The position numbers were made by a program, and so were the translations under genes. 58,106 bases of DNA from Gammaproteobacteria bacterium. GTDB lineage: Bacteria > Pseudomonadota > Gammaproteobacteria > Ga0077554 > Ga007554. Positions within the stretch are counted from its first letter, which is position 1. Every line of letters begins with the position of its first letter. Below are positions 7,774-17,055 of the stretch, piece after piece. The notes under the pieces were generated by a model that saw only the letters and a list, made by a program, of their open reading frames with translations, was not told the DNA's origin and searched no databases. The stretch spans positions 1-58,106 of the forward strand of contig SBBG01000024.1 in assembly GCA_005240065.1 (NCBI GenBank), in the 5' to 3' direction.

Positions 7774-10452
7774 CTATTTTACGCCCATCGTTCTGATGAA
7801 CCATTTGCGCACCTCCTCCAACATCAGCATCCCCAGCGCGAACGGGATGACAAACAGCCAGACTTCAACGGCAATCGGCGCGGTACCGAAAATGAGGTTG
7901 CCCCACGAGGTATAGTCGATCAGCAGGATCAGCACAATCTCGATAACAATGCCCCACAGCATCAGCTTGTTGTAGAAAACCGCGCGGGAAAACAGTGAAT
8001 CCCGCTCGCTGCGGCACAGGAATACGTTCACCACCTGCATCACGATGATGGCGCTGAGGCATGCGGTGGTAGCCTGGAGATAGAGCGGGTCGTCGTGCGG
8101 CAGCGTCTGTCCGTATTGCCAACCCGTGCCGTACAGCACGAAGAAAAATGCGGCCATGGCCGCGATGGCCTCCATGACCCCCAGGAACAGATAGGCGCGC
8201 GCCAGCAGTGGCCAGTTCAGCAGGCGATCCCGCCGGCGCGGGGGACGCCGCATGACACGGGGATCGGGTTTTTCCGTGCCCAATCCCAGTGCGGGCAGCA
8301 TGTCCGTGCCCAGGTCCACGGCAAGGATCTGGATGATGGTCAGAGGCAATGGGATCTTGAACAGGACAAAAGCCAGATAGGGAATGAGTTCCGGAATATT
8401 GGAGGTCAGAATATAAGTGAGAAATTTTCGGATGTTATCAAACACCGCCCGTCCCTCCTCGATGGCGGAGACGATGCTAGCGAAGTTATCATCCATCAGC
8501 ACCATATCGGCGGCTTCCCGTGCGACATCAGTGCCGGCTATCCCCATGGCGATACCGATGTCGGCCTTTCTCAACGCTGGGGCGTCATTCACTCCGTCAC
8601 CCGTCACCGCCACGATCTCGTTTTTGCGCTTCAAGGCGCTGACAATGCGCATTTTCTGGTCAGCGGCGACGCGAGCGAAGATGATCTCCGGCGCGTCCAA
8701 CGCCAACTGAAGCTGGGTATTGGATAGCCGCCGCAGGTGATCGCCGGTAATGATGACAGGGCTGTTCGACTGAATCAGACCGATCTCCCTGGCAATGGCA
8801 CTGGCGGTATGGGGGTGATCGCCGGTGACCATGATCACTTTGATGCCCGCCTCCTTGCACTTCCGTATGGCGGCGGGCACCTCGGGCCGGGGCGGGTCTT
8901 CCAGTCCCGCCAGCCCGGCAAGGATCAAATTCTGTTCCAATTGATCTTTGTCATACCCTTCGGCGACAGGCCGGTGAGCGAAGGCCAGCACCCGCAGCCC
9001 CTGTTCCGCCATAGCCTCCTGGGCTTGCGAAAATTGCGCTTTCACTTCGGCGGTAAGGGGCTGAACGGTCTCCCCGATCTGTACCTGCCGGCATAACGAC
9101 AGCACCATCTCCAGCGCCCCCTTGGTGTGGAGGATCAAGCCATCGGAATCCTGATGAAGCGTGGACATGCGCTTGCGCCCCGCATCAAATGGGATCTCAT
9201 CGAGACGTGGCGCGATCAGCGCTCCCGGTATGACCTGTTTTGCCATCTTCACCAAGGCCACTTCCATGGGGTCGCCCATCCATTCGCGTCTCCCCTCCTT
9301 TTCAGTCTCCTTCAGGTTATGGCACAGCAACGCTCCCTCGAAAAAGGGGCGATGGGTCTCTTTCAAATCCGACAGCCGCTCCATCGCGGTATTGTCATAA
9401 AACTGGCCAGACAAGAAGAGCCGCTTCACCGTCATGCGGTTCTGTGTAAGAGTTCCGGTTTTGTCGGTGCAGATCACCGTCGCCGAACCCAGCGTCTCGA
9501 CCGCAGGCAGGTGCCGGATCAGGGCATTGCGTTTGGCCATGCGCTGCGAGCCCATCGCCAGTGCCAACGTGACGGTGGGCAGCAGTCCCTCGGGGACATT
9601 CGCCACGATAATACCGATGGCGAAGATGAAGTTCTCCCAGAAAGACAGCCCCAACGCCTGGCCGATGAAGAAGAACACCACCCCCAACCCCGACGCCAGC
9701 AGCGCCACCATCCGGCTCAGCCGGATGATCTCCTTTTGCAGAGGGGACAACATCTCACCCGTGATCTGGGTCAAATGGGCAACCTTGCCAAATTCAGTGT
9801 GCATGGCGGTGGCGAAAACCAGGGCGCGGGCCTCGCCGGAAACCAGCGATGTCCCTGCAAGCAGGATATTCTTGCTGCGTATCAACTCTTCTTCGCTACC
9901 AGGATTCACATCCCTGGCCTGGGGCAGCGACTCCCCGGTGATGGTGGCGTTGTTCACCCGCACACCATAGGCCTCGATCAGGCGGCAGTCGGCGGGGACG
10001 TCATCACCCTCCTCCAGCAGGATCACATCTCCCGGCACGACATTTTGGGCAGGAATAGCCAGCACCTTGCCCTCTCGCAACGCCTTCACTTGATGGGGTA
10101 GCAGCCTTTCCAGCGCAGCGATGGCCTTCTCCGCCCGGTATTCCTGCCAGAAGGAAAATAGGCCGTTTATCAGGATCACACCGAGAATGGCGAAACCCAG
10201 CATACCCATGCCCTTCCCAGGTTCGCTGAATTCCGCAATAAAAGCCAGGCCCGCCGCCACCCACAGGATCAGGGCAAAAAAATGGGTAAATCCCTTCAGA
10301 AAGCGCAAAACCAGAGATTCTCGCCGTAGCTGCTCCACGCGGTTAGGGCCAAACTCCGCCAGCCTGCGCAGTGCCTCGCTTTCAGACAGCCCGTCCGGGC
10401 TACTGTGCAGACTATGGAGTGCTTCGTCAACGGTGAGGTGGTGGATCTTCAT
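7774..10452 (-). CDS. Cation-transporting P-type ATPase (type II, PEGL class)
   Basis: ORF 7774..10566. Motifs TGES, PEGL, DKTGTLT, TGDGVNDAPAL. ATG 10452 (MKIHHLTVDEAL...) matches the conserved cation-ATPase N-terminal domain. Confidence 0.9.
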   Translation of the reverse strand: MKIHHLTVDEALHSLHSSPDGLSESEALRRLAEFGPNRVEQLRRESLVLRFLKGFTHFFALILWVAAGLAFIAEFSEPGKGMGMLGFAILGVILINGLFSFWQEYRAEKAIAALERLLPHQVKALREGKVLAIPAQNVVPGDVILLEEGDDVPADCRLIEAYGVRVNNATITGESLPQARDVNPGSEEELIRSKNILLAGTSLVSGEARALVFATAMHTEFGKVAHLTQITGEMLSPLQKEIIRLSRMVALLASGLGVVFFFIGQALGLSFWENFIFAIGIIVANVPEGLLPTVTLALAMGSQRMAKRNALIRHLPAVETLGSATVICTDKTGTLTQNRMTVKRLFLSGQFYDNTAMERLSDLKETHRPFFEGALLCHNLKETEKEGRREWMGDPMEVALVKMAKQVIPGALIAPRLDEIPFDAGRKRMSTLHQDSDGLILHTKGALEMVLSLCRQVQIGETVQPLTAEVKAQFSQAQEAMAEQGLRVLAFAHRPVAEGYDKDQLEQNLILAGLAGLEDPPRPEVPAAIRKCKEAGIKVIMVTGDHPHTASAIAREIGLIQSNSPVIITGDHLRRLSNTQLQLALDAPEIIFARVAADQKMRIVSALKRKNEIVAVTGDGVNDAPALRKADIGIAMGIAGTDVAREAADMVLMDDNFASIVSAIEEGRAVFDNIRKFLTYILTSNIPELIPYLAFVLFKIPLPLTIIQILAVDLGTDMLPALGLGTEKPDPRVMRRPPRRRDRLLNWPLLARAYLFLGVMEAIAAMAAFFFVLYGTGWQYGQTLPHDDPLYLQATTACLSAIIVMQVVNVFLCRSERDSLFSRAVFYNKLMLWGIVIEIVLILLIDYTSWGNLIFGTAPIAVEVWLFVIPFALGMLMLEEVRKWFIRTMGVK

Positions 10453-10568
10453 GGTGCTTTTATGGCACAAGCGATAAAGAAAGGCTAGCAACCTGAATGC
10501 CGCGTCCAAACCGGCATGGCAGGGCAGATATTTACTGGATAGATTCCTATTCCTACTGCGCCACAAAG

Positions 10569-10690
10569 CGCTGAAGGGCGCATTGCGGCGCTAAAATCAG
10601 GCTCAAAATACGGGGCCGGGAAGCGGCAGACTCTGTGTAAACTCCGCTTTTTCGCCCCATTTTTCCTTGCACTGGGAACCCTTCGCTTCG
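10569..10690. mobile_element. MITE-C core copy, inverted orientation, without recognisable terminal repeats
   Basis: CTGAAGGGCGCATTGCGGCG...GTGTAAACTCCGCTTTTTCGCCCC aligns by eye with the reverse complement of the cores at 26806-26924 and 57839-57950. Confidence 0.6.
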
Positions 10691-10808
10691 CTTTTCCTTT
10701 GATCACCTTGTGACACAGCAGGACTATATCTTTGCAAAAAGGAAAGATGGAATTGCGTGTGTTACCCAAAACTTTCGTTATATTCGATATATGGCATATA
10801 ATAGGCAT

Positions 10809-11156
10809 ATGTTTAATGAATACCTCTTTTTCGAAGCCCTGTCGGATGAAACCCGACGCCGCCTGCTTTTATTGATTATGAAACAGGGCGAGCTGTGTGT
10901 GTGCGAATTGTTTTTTGCGCTTAACCTGCCGCAACCCAAGATATCACGCCACCTCGCCGTCATTCGCGAAGCAGGAATATTGGCGACGCGCAAGGAAGGA
11001 ACCTGGGTATTTTACCGCCTCCATCCGCAATTGCCGTTGTGGGCCGCAAAAATATTGGAAATGATGGCGCAAGGCATTGAGCATGGGAATATCTATCACC
11101 AGGATGCCAAGCGCCTGGGAGCGATGGAAAACCGGCCGTCGAAATGCGACATATAA
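10809..11156 (+). CDS. arsR: ArsR/SmtB-family metalloregulator
   Basis: 3' part of ORF 10710..11156. ELCVCEL As(III)-binding motif plus winged HTH (ISRHLAVIREAGIL). The start is ambiguous between ATG 10791 and ATG 10809. Confidence 0.8.
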   Translation: MFNEYLFFEALSDETRRRLLLLIMKQGELCVCELFFALNLPQPKISRHLAVIREAGILATRKEGTWVFYRLHPQLPLWAAKILEMMAQGIEHGNIYHQDAKRLGAMENRPSKCDI

Positions 11157-11190
11157 TATTCGATTTAACGAATAAATATTTAGGATACAA

Positions 11191-11601
11191 ATGAACAAAC
11201 GCAAAACGGTTTTGATTCTCTGCACTGGCAACTCCTGCCGCAGCCAGATGGCCGAGGCTCTGATCAATCATGACCTGGGGCCGCATATCCGCGCCATCTC
11301 CGCCGGCACCAACCCCGGCCCCAAGGTAGCAGATGGCGCCATCACTGTGCTACAACAGCTAGAAATCGAGACCACCGGGCTACATCCCAAAACCATTGAT
11401 GCCGTGATGGATGAATCCATCGATCTGGTGGTTACGGTATGCGACAACGCCAGGGAAACCTGCCCGGTCTTCCCCAGGCCCATCAAAAGCATCCACATGC
11501 CGTTTCACGATCCCCATGGCGAGCCACTGGAAAGTTTCGTTCAGGTGCGTGATCAAATCAGGAGTCAATTGCTGCCGAAAATCAAGAACCTCTTATGCTG
11601 A
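11191..11601 (+). CDS. arsC: Arsenate reductase, LMW-PTP type
   Basis: ORF 136 aa. CX5R P-loop [15 protein letters not shown]. Downstream Cys pair in [10 protein letters not shown]. Confidence 0.9.
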   Translation: MNKRKTVLILCTGNSCRSQMAEALINHDLGPHIRAISAGTNPGPKVADGAITVLQQLEIETTGLHPKTIDAVMDESIDLVVTVCDNARETCPVFPRPIKSIHMPFHDPHGEPLESFVQVRDQIRSQLLPKIKNLLC

Positions 11602-12914
11602 GTGCGGCGTTGATCTTCATCGCCACCCTGACGCTGGTCATCTGGCAACCGAAAAATCTCAGCATCGGCTGGAGCGCGCTGGGCGGCGCGCTGGCGGCAC
11701 TTGTCAGCGGCGTCATTTCGCTGCCGGATGTGCCGATAGTTTGGGATATCGTCTGGGACGCCACGCTCACCCTCATCGCGCTGATCCTCATTTCCCTCAT
11801 CCTGGACGCGGCGGGTTTCTTCGAATGGGCCGCCTTACACATCGCGCGCTGGGGCAATGGCCGGGGGCACTGGCTGTTTCTGCTGATCGTGCTGCTGGGC
11901 GCCGTGGTGGCGGCGCTGTTCGCCAACGATGGCGCAGTATTGATCCTCACGCCACTGGTGTTCGAGATGCTGCGCGCCCTGCGCTTCACACCCCCCGCCA
12001 CACTGGCCTTCATCATGGCCACAGGCTTCGTCTCGGACACCACCAGCCTGCCGTTGATGATTTCCAATCTGGTCAACATCATCACAGCCAATTACTTCGA
12101 TATCTCTTTCGCCGGCTATGCGACGGTGATGTTGCCGGTCAATCTCGTTTCGCTGCTGGCGACGCTGCTGGTGCTATGGCTGTTTTTCCGCAAGGATGTG
12201 CCGCCGCGCTTCGATGTCGCGGCGTTGGGCGATCCTGCCAGGGCGATTCGCGACCCGTTTGTGTTTTATGCCGGATGGGTCGTTCTGGCGCTGGTGCTGA
12301 CCGGCTATTTTTTTGCCCATCCTCTCGGCCTGCCCGTTTCGGCAATTACCGGCGCGGGCGCGTTGATCCTGCTGCTGGCCGCAGCGCGGGAGCATTTCCT
12401 GGCACAGCAACCCCGCGCCGTCATCCCCGTGCTCACCCTGCTGCGCGAGGCGCCCTGGCAAGTGGTGCTGTTCTCGCTGGGCATGTATCTGGTGGTCTTC
12501 GGCCTGCGCAACCAGGGCCTGACGAGCGAACTGAGCCGCGCTCTGGAATGGCTGGATGGTCAAGGCGTATGGATCGCCACTCTCGGATCGGGATTTTTGT
12601 TCGCCTCGCTATCGGCGATCATGAACAACCTGCCGACCGTGTTGATCGGCAGCCTTGCCATCGACGATGCCATACTCTCACCACTGGTACGGGAAGCCAT
12701 GATCTACGCCAACATCATCGGTTGCGACCTGGGACCGAAGATGACGCCCATCGGCAGCCTGGCGACATTGTTGTGGCTGCACATACTGGCACAGCGCGAC
12801 ATGAAAATCGGCTGGGGTTATTATTTCCGCGTCGGCTTCGTGCTAACCGCACCAGTATTATCCATCACCCTGCTGGGACTGGCGGGTTGGCTTTGGCTAT
12901 TGCGAGGCGACTAG
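11595..12914 (+). CDS. arsB: Arsenite efflux permease (ArsB/NhaD superfamily)
   Basis: ORF 439 aa, polytopic membrane protein. Overlaps arsC by 7 nt. Confidence 0.85.
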   Translation: MLSAALIFIATLTLVIWQPKNLSIGWSALGGALAALVSGVISLPDVPIVWDIVWDATLTLIALILISLILDAAGFFEWAALHIARWGNGRGHWLFLLIVLLGAVVAALFANDGAVLILTPLVFEMLRALRFTPPATLAFIMATGFVSDTTSLPLMISNLVNIITANYFDISFAGYATVMLPVNLVSLLATLLVLWLFFRKDVPPRFDVAALGDPARAIRDPFVFYAGWVVLALVLTGYFFAHPLGLPVSAITGAGALILLLAAAREHFLAQQPRAVIPVLTLLREAPWQVVLFSLGMYLVVFGLRNQGLTSELSRALEWLDGQGVWIATLGSGFLFASLSAIMNNLPTVLIGSLAIDDAILSPLVREAMIYANIIGCDLGPKMTPIGSLATLLWLHILAQRDMKIGWGYYFRVGFVLTAPVLSITLLGLAGWLWLLRGD

Positions 12915-12929
12915 TGCCTTGCCACAGGG

Positions 12930-13097
12930 GTTTTGACGCCTGCTGCGGCGCTGTGCGGCGGGCAGCGCCTTGATGTCACGTTCGATGGCGTACAGCGCGT
13001 CGATGCGGCGCACCGCCTGGCGGGCGGCGCTATCGCGCTTTTGCTGTGCATTCGGCAGGGCCTTGATGGCCTCGAAGAATTTGCGCCGGGTCGGCCT
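12930..13097 (-). pseudogene. IS66-family transposase (TnpC) internal fragment
   Basis: Hand translation of the minus frame gives RRKFFEAIKALPNAQQKRDSAARQAVRRIDALYAIERDIKALPAAQRRSRRQ. This matches the conserved IS66 block H-ARRKF-...-LYAIE-...-R-RQ. It is preceded by an in-frame stop (13098-13100) and has no start codon. Confidence 0.65.
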
Positions 13098-13151
13098 TCA
13101 TCGCCCGCCGCAGTCTGGTGCTCTTTTCTTCATCGCTGTTGATCTCCTTTC

Positions 13152-13193
13152 AACCTAAAAACGGCAGTTGGAGCCAACTGCCGTTTTTAGGTT
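13152..13193. terminator. Perfect 20-bp-stem palindrome containing a bidirectional intrinsic terminator
   Basis: AACCTAAAAACGGCAGTTGG-AG-CCAACTGCCGTTTTTAGGTT. The GC stem is flanked by A5 and T5. Lies downstream of the last ABC ATPase gene. Confidence 0.8.
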
Positions 13194-13225
13194 CAATAGC
13201 TCAAGAAATATCAGGTGCACTGTTA

Positions 13226-14233
13226 TCACAACTCTTTGAATGGAAAATGGCAGGCGGCGAAGTGGCCGGTGCGAATCTCACGCAATGTCGGCGTTTCTTC
13301 CCGGCAAAACCGTTGAGCCGATGGGCAGCGGTACTGGAAGACACATCCTCTTTCGAACATAGACTCCCGACCGGGTCGCCGCGCGAGATCCCATGGGTTC
13401 GCAACGATATTACTGGCGGCCGCCTTCAGCGCCCGGGTATAAGGATGCGCCGGCTGGAACAGGACATCGCGCCGGTCTCCTTGCTCGATGATCTTTCCTC
13501 TCAGCATCACGGCGATCTTGTCGCAGACATGATTGACTACCGCCAGATCATGAGAGATCAACAAATAGGTCAACCCGTATTGTTCCTTGAGAGTCCGCAG
13601 CAGATTGATGATCTGCGCCTGGACGGATTTGTCGAGCGCCGAGACCGGTTCATCGCAGACCAGGAATCGCGGGCGCAGCGCAAGCGCCCTGGCGATACAT
13701 ACCCGCTGCCGCTCCCCGCCGCTGAGCTGATAGGGATAAGCATTCATCATGCGCTCAGGCAAGCCGACATCACGCAACAGACTCGCCACTCGCTGCTTGC
13801 GTTCTTCCACATCGGCCACATCGAAATTGACCAGGGGTTCTTCGATGCTGGCGCCGACCGACATCAATGGATCGAGGGCGCTGTAAGGGTTTTGGAAAAC
13901 GATTTGCATTTGCCGGCGCAGGCCACGCAACGCTTTCTTGCCAAGCGTCCCCAGATCGGCGCCCGATAGCACGACCTGCCCTGATGTAGGCCGTTGCAAC
14001 GCGACCGCCATGCGCGCCAAGGTGCTTTTGCCCGACCCGCTTTCGCCGACCAGCCCCCACGCCTCGCCGGCACGTATGCGTAAAGTCACATTTTCCACAG
14101 CCGTGAGCCGCGAGCTATTACCGCCCCACAGATTGCCGGCGCTGCGATATTCCTTGGTGAGGTTGCACAGCGCCAACAAGGAAATGTCCGCGGCTGGGTT
14201 CCGCTTCTCCATGCGCGTGTGCTTAGAAGACAT
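13226..14233 (-). CDS. ABC transporter ATP-binding protein, Opp/Dpp/Nik family (OppF-like)
   Basis: ORF 13226..14302. Walker A GESGSGKST, signature LSGGERQR, C-terminal oligopeptide-type extension. ATG 14233 has GAGGG 8 nt upstream. Confidence 0.85.
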   Translation of the reverse strand: MSSKHTRMEKRNPAADISLLALCNLTKEYRSAGNLWGGNSSRLTAVENVTLRIRAGEAWGLVGESGSGKSTLARMAVALQRPTSGQVVLSGADLGTLGKKALRGLRRQMQIVFQNPYSALDPLMSVGASIEEPLVNFDVADVEERKQRVASLLRDVGLPERMMNAYPYQLSGGERQRVCIARALALRPRFLVCDEPVSALDKSVQAQIINLLRTLKEQYGLTYLLISHDLAVVNHVCDKIAVMLRGKIIEQGDRRDVLFQPAHPYTRALKAAASNIVANPWDLARRPGRESMFERGCVFQYRCPSAQRFCREETPTLREIRTGHFAACHFPFKEL

Positions 14234-15215
14234 CGTCACGACCCTCGCTTTTGACACAGGCGACATGATGATTCGCCAACACCGGTCGAAGCTGGAACGC
14301 ATCGTCGCTCATACAACGTGATCCGGCCCAGCGGCAGCGTGGCGCGAACCGGCATCCTGTGACTTGTTTACCCAGGGACGGGGGCACGCCTGTCATGGCC
14401 GGGATGGGCTGCGGCTCCAGATCAAGACACGGCTGGCAGGCCAGCAGTCCGCGCGTATAAGGGTGCCGTGGCGTTCCCAGCACTTGCCAGGTGGGACCGG
14501 CCTCGACGATTTTGCCCGCATACATGACGAGGGTGCGCTCGGCGAGCTTTCCGATCAGACCAAGATCATGGCTGATGATGACCATCGACAAGTTCAACCT
14601 TTTCTTCATTTCTTTGAAGAGGCCGATCATTTCCTCCCGCGCCAGAACATCGAGCGATGCCGTGGGCTCGTCGGCCAGCAACAGCGCGGGATTCAGTGAC
14701 AACGCCAATCCCAGCGCCGCGCGCTGGCACATGCCGCCGCTCAGCTCGAAGGCATGGCTCTTCAATATTTCCTTCGGCTGCGGCATGCCGACCATCGCCA
14801 GCGCACGCTCCGCTTTTTCACGCGCCGATGCCTGGGATAGTCCCTGATGGGTCATCAAGGCTTCGCACATCTGCTGGCCCAAGGTCGCCAGCGGATTGAA
14901 CGAGCTTTCGGGAGATTGAAAAATCATCCCGATCCGCCGGCCACGCACCGCGCGCCATTCTTTTTCGTTGAGCGCGCGCAGATTTTTTCCAGCGAAACGA
15001 ATCTCGCCTTCGACAACGCGGCCGGGCCGCTCCAGCAGACCGAGCAAGGACAGCGCCAGCGTGCTCTTGCCCGACCCGCTCTCGCCGACGATGCCGACCA
15101 TATGGCCACGATGAAGATCGAAACTGACGCCATCGACGGCGGAGATCGTTCCATGGCGCGTGAAATAGCCGCTCTTGAGATTCGACACGGACAGAAGAGG
15201 AGGATGTGTGTTCAA
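14223..15215 (-). CDS. ABC transporter ATP-binding protein, Opp/Dpp/Nik family (OppD-like)
   Basis: ORF 330 aa. Walker A GESGSGKST, signature LSGGMCQR. Confidence 0.9.
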   Translation of the reverse strand: MNTHPPLLSVSNLKSGYFTRHGTISAVDGVSFDLHRGHMVGIVGESGSGKSTLALSLLGLLERPGRVVEGEIRFAGKNLRALNEKEWRAVRGRRIGMIFQSPESSFNPLATLGQQMCEALMTHQGLSQASAREKAERALAMVGMPQPKEILKSHAFELSGGMCQRAALGLALSLNPALLLADEPTASLDVLAREEMIGLFKEMKKRLNLSMVIISHDLGLIGKLAERTLVMYAGKIVEAGPTWQVLGTPRHPYTRGLLACQPCLDLEPQPIPAMTGVPPSLGKQVTGCRFAPRCRWAGSRCMSDDAFQLRPVLANHHVACVKSEGRDDVF

Positions 15216-16099
15216 TATTGACTCCGGTGTTTTGGATCAATCGTGTCGCGCAAACCATCGCCGATCAGGTTAATGGCGAGCACCGTCAAAACAATCGACA
15301 AACCCGGGAAGAGCACCACCCACCACGCGCCACTCAATACACTGCTCATGCCGTTACCGAGCAGATTTCCCCAGCTCGCCACCGTCGCCGGCACACCGAG
15401 ATTCAAGAAACTGAGCGTCGACTCCAGCAGAATCGCCTGCCCTACTCCGACGGTGACAACCACCACCAGCGGCGCCAGCGCATTGGGCAGCAGATGCCTA
15501 AAAACGAGGCGGATCGACGATGCGCCGCCAGCGATGGCCGCCTTGATGAAGTCGGCTTCCATCAAGGTGCGGCACTCCGTTCTCATCATGCGCGCCGTTC
15601 CCATCCAGCTCGCCAGAGCGATAACAAGCGTGACCTTCAATAGACTGGATTCGCCGAACGCTTGCGAGACGATCACCAGCAGAATCACCGGAATCGAAAT
15701 CAGCGCATCGAGGAACCCCATCAAAATGCGGTCCAGCCATCCTCTCGCCATGCCGCTGGCGATGCCGTAGAGGCAGCCAAAAAAGGTCGCCAGAAGGGTC
15801 GCGGCCAGCCCTGTCAGCAATGACACCCGTCCTCCTTCGAGGATACGCAAAAACAAGTCGCGCCCCAACTGGTCGGTGCCGAGAAGATGGCCGGCCGAAG
15901 GCGGTGAATAGATCCGGCTCGCGTCAGGGGTAAGCGCATCATTTCCGAACCACAAAGGACCGAACAGGGACAGCACCGCAATAACGGCCAGCACCCAAAA
16001 ACCCGCCCGCGCAAGGCGATGCCGGAAAAACAACGGCATCGCGCGAATCAGTTGAATGACGCCCGGCAGTCTCACCACCATGCGCACGTCATCTTCCAT
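15212..16099 (-). CDS. ABC transporter permease (OppC/DppC-like)
   Basis: ORF 295 aa, multi-TM, BPD-transporter EAA-like loop. Overlaps both neighbouring genes. Confidence 0.85.
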   Translation of the reverse strand: MEDDVRMVVRLPGVIQLIRAMPLFFRHRLARAGFWVLAVIAVLSLFGPLWFGNDALTPDASRIYSPPSAGHLLGTDQLGRDLFLRILEGGRVSLLTGLAATLLATFFGCLYGIASGMARGWLDRILMGFLDALISIPVILLVIVSQAFGESSLLKVTLVIALASWMGTARMMRTECRTLMEADFIKAAIAGGASSIRLVFRHLLPNALAPLVVVVTVGVGQAILLESTLSFLNLGVPATVASWGNLLGNGMSSVLSGAWWVVLFPGLSIVLTVLAINLIGDGLRDTIDPKHRSQY

Positions 16100-17054
16100 G
16101 CCCCCTCCGCAGTTTCGGATTCAGCCAGGCCACCAGCAGATCGGCCACCAGATTGCCGATGATGACCAGCACGCCTGTCACCAGTACCACCGCCATCAGC
16201 AGTGGATAGTTTCTTGAGATGGCCGCCTGGAGAAACAAGCGGCCGATACCCGGCCAGCCGAAAACCCATTCCACGATGAAGATCCCGCCGACCAGCAACG
16301 GAAATGAAAATCCCGCCCAGGTGATAAACGGCGTAAGCGCATTCGGCAGCAGATAACGGAGTATCAAGGTCGTCCTTGCGAGTCCCCGCGCCCGCGCGGC
16401 ACGGAAGAAATCAGCGGAAAGCACGTCGCGCACACTGCCACGCACCAAGCGGATGCAGGGGCCGACATGGGTCAGTACGATCGTCATCACCGGCAATACC
16501 AGATGAGCCGCCTGGTCGGCCAGCCCTCCCTCGCGCCCCAGCGTTGACTGGCCTGCGGAAGGCAGCCATTCCAACCGCACGGAAAAAATCAGGATGAGAA
16601 TCAGGCCCAACCAGAACGCCGGGGTCGCAAAACTGACCAGCGCCAGCGTGCTGATAACATAGTCGGGCCATGAATGCGCTCGTGTCCCCGCCCAATAGCC
16701 CGCGCCGATGGCCAGCAATGTAATCGTCAGCCAGGAAAATCCAACCAGCACCAGCGTGACGCGCAAACCCTCCAGGACAATGCCACGGATCTCGCGTCCA
16801 TCGGCGATCGAACGACCCCAATCGCCATTGAGGATGTTCTCGAACCAGATGCCATACTGGACCAGCACCGGGCGATCAAGCCCGAGATTGCGCGACACGC
16901 GCTGGTAATCCGCCTCCGTCATGAATTCCCGGCCACCGACCAGGCTCGCCACCGGGTCTCCCGGCGCGACCTTCATGATCAGGAAAGCGAGGATGCTGAG
17001 CAGCATCAATTGGGGAATGATCCCCAACATTCGCAAGACAAGGTAACGCGGCAC
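16089..17054 (-). CDS. ABC transporter permease (OppB/DppB-like)
   Basis: ORF 321 aa. Starts MPRYLVLRMLGIIPQLMLLSILAFLIM, typical of the DppB/OppB family. Confidence 0.9.
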   Translation of the reverse strand: MPRYLVLRMLGIIPQLMLLSILAFLIMKVAPGDPVASLVGGREFMTEADYQRVSRNLGLDRPVLVQYGIWFENILNGDWGRSIADGREIRGIVLEGLRVTLVLVGFSWLTITLLAIGAGYWAGTRAHSWPDYVISTLALVSFATPAFWLGLILILIFSVRLEWLPSAGQSTLGREGGLADQAAHLVLPVMTIVLTHVGPCIRLVRGSVRDVLSADFFRAARARGLARTTLILRYLLPNALTPFITWAGFSFPLLVGGIFIVEWVFGWPGIGRLFLQAAISRNYPLLMAVVLVTGVLVIIGNLVADLLVAWLNPKLRRGHGR

Positions 17055-17055
17055 G

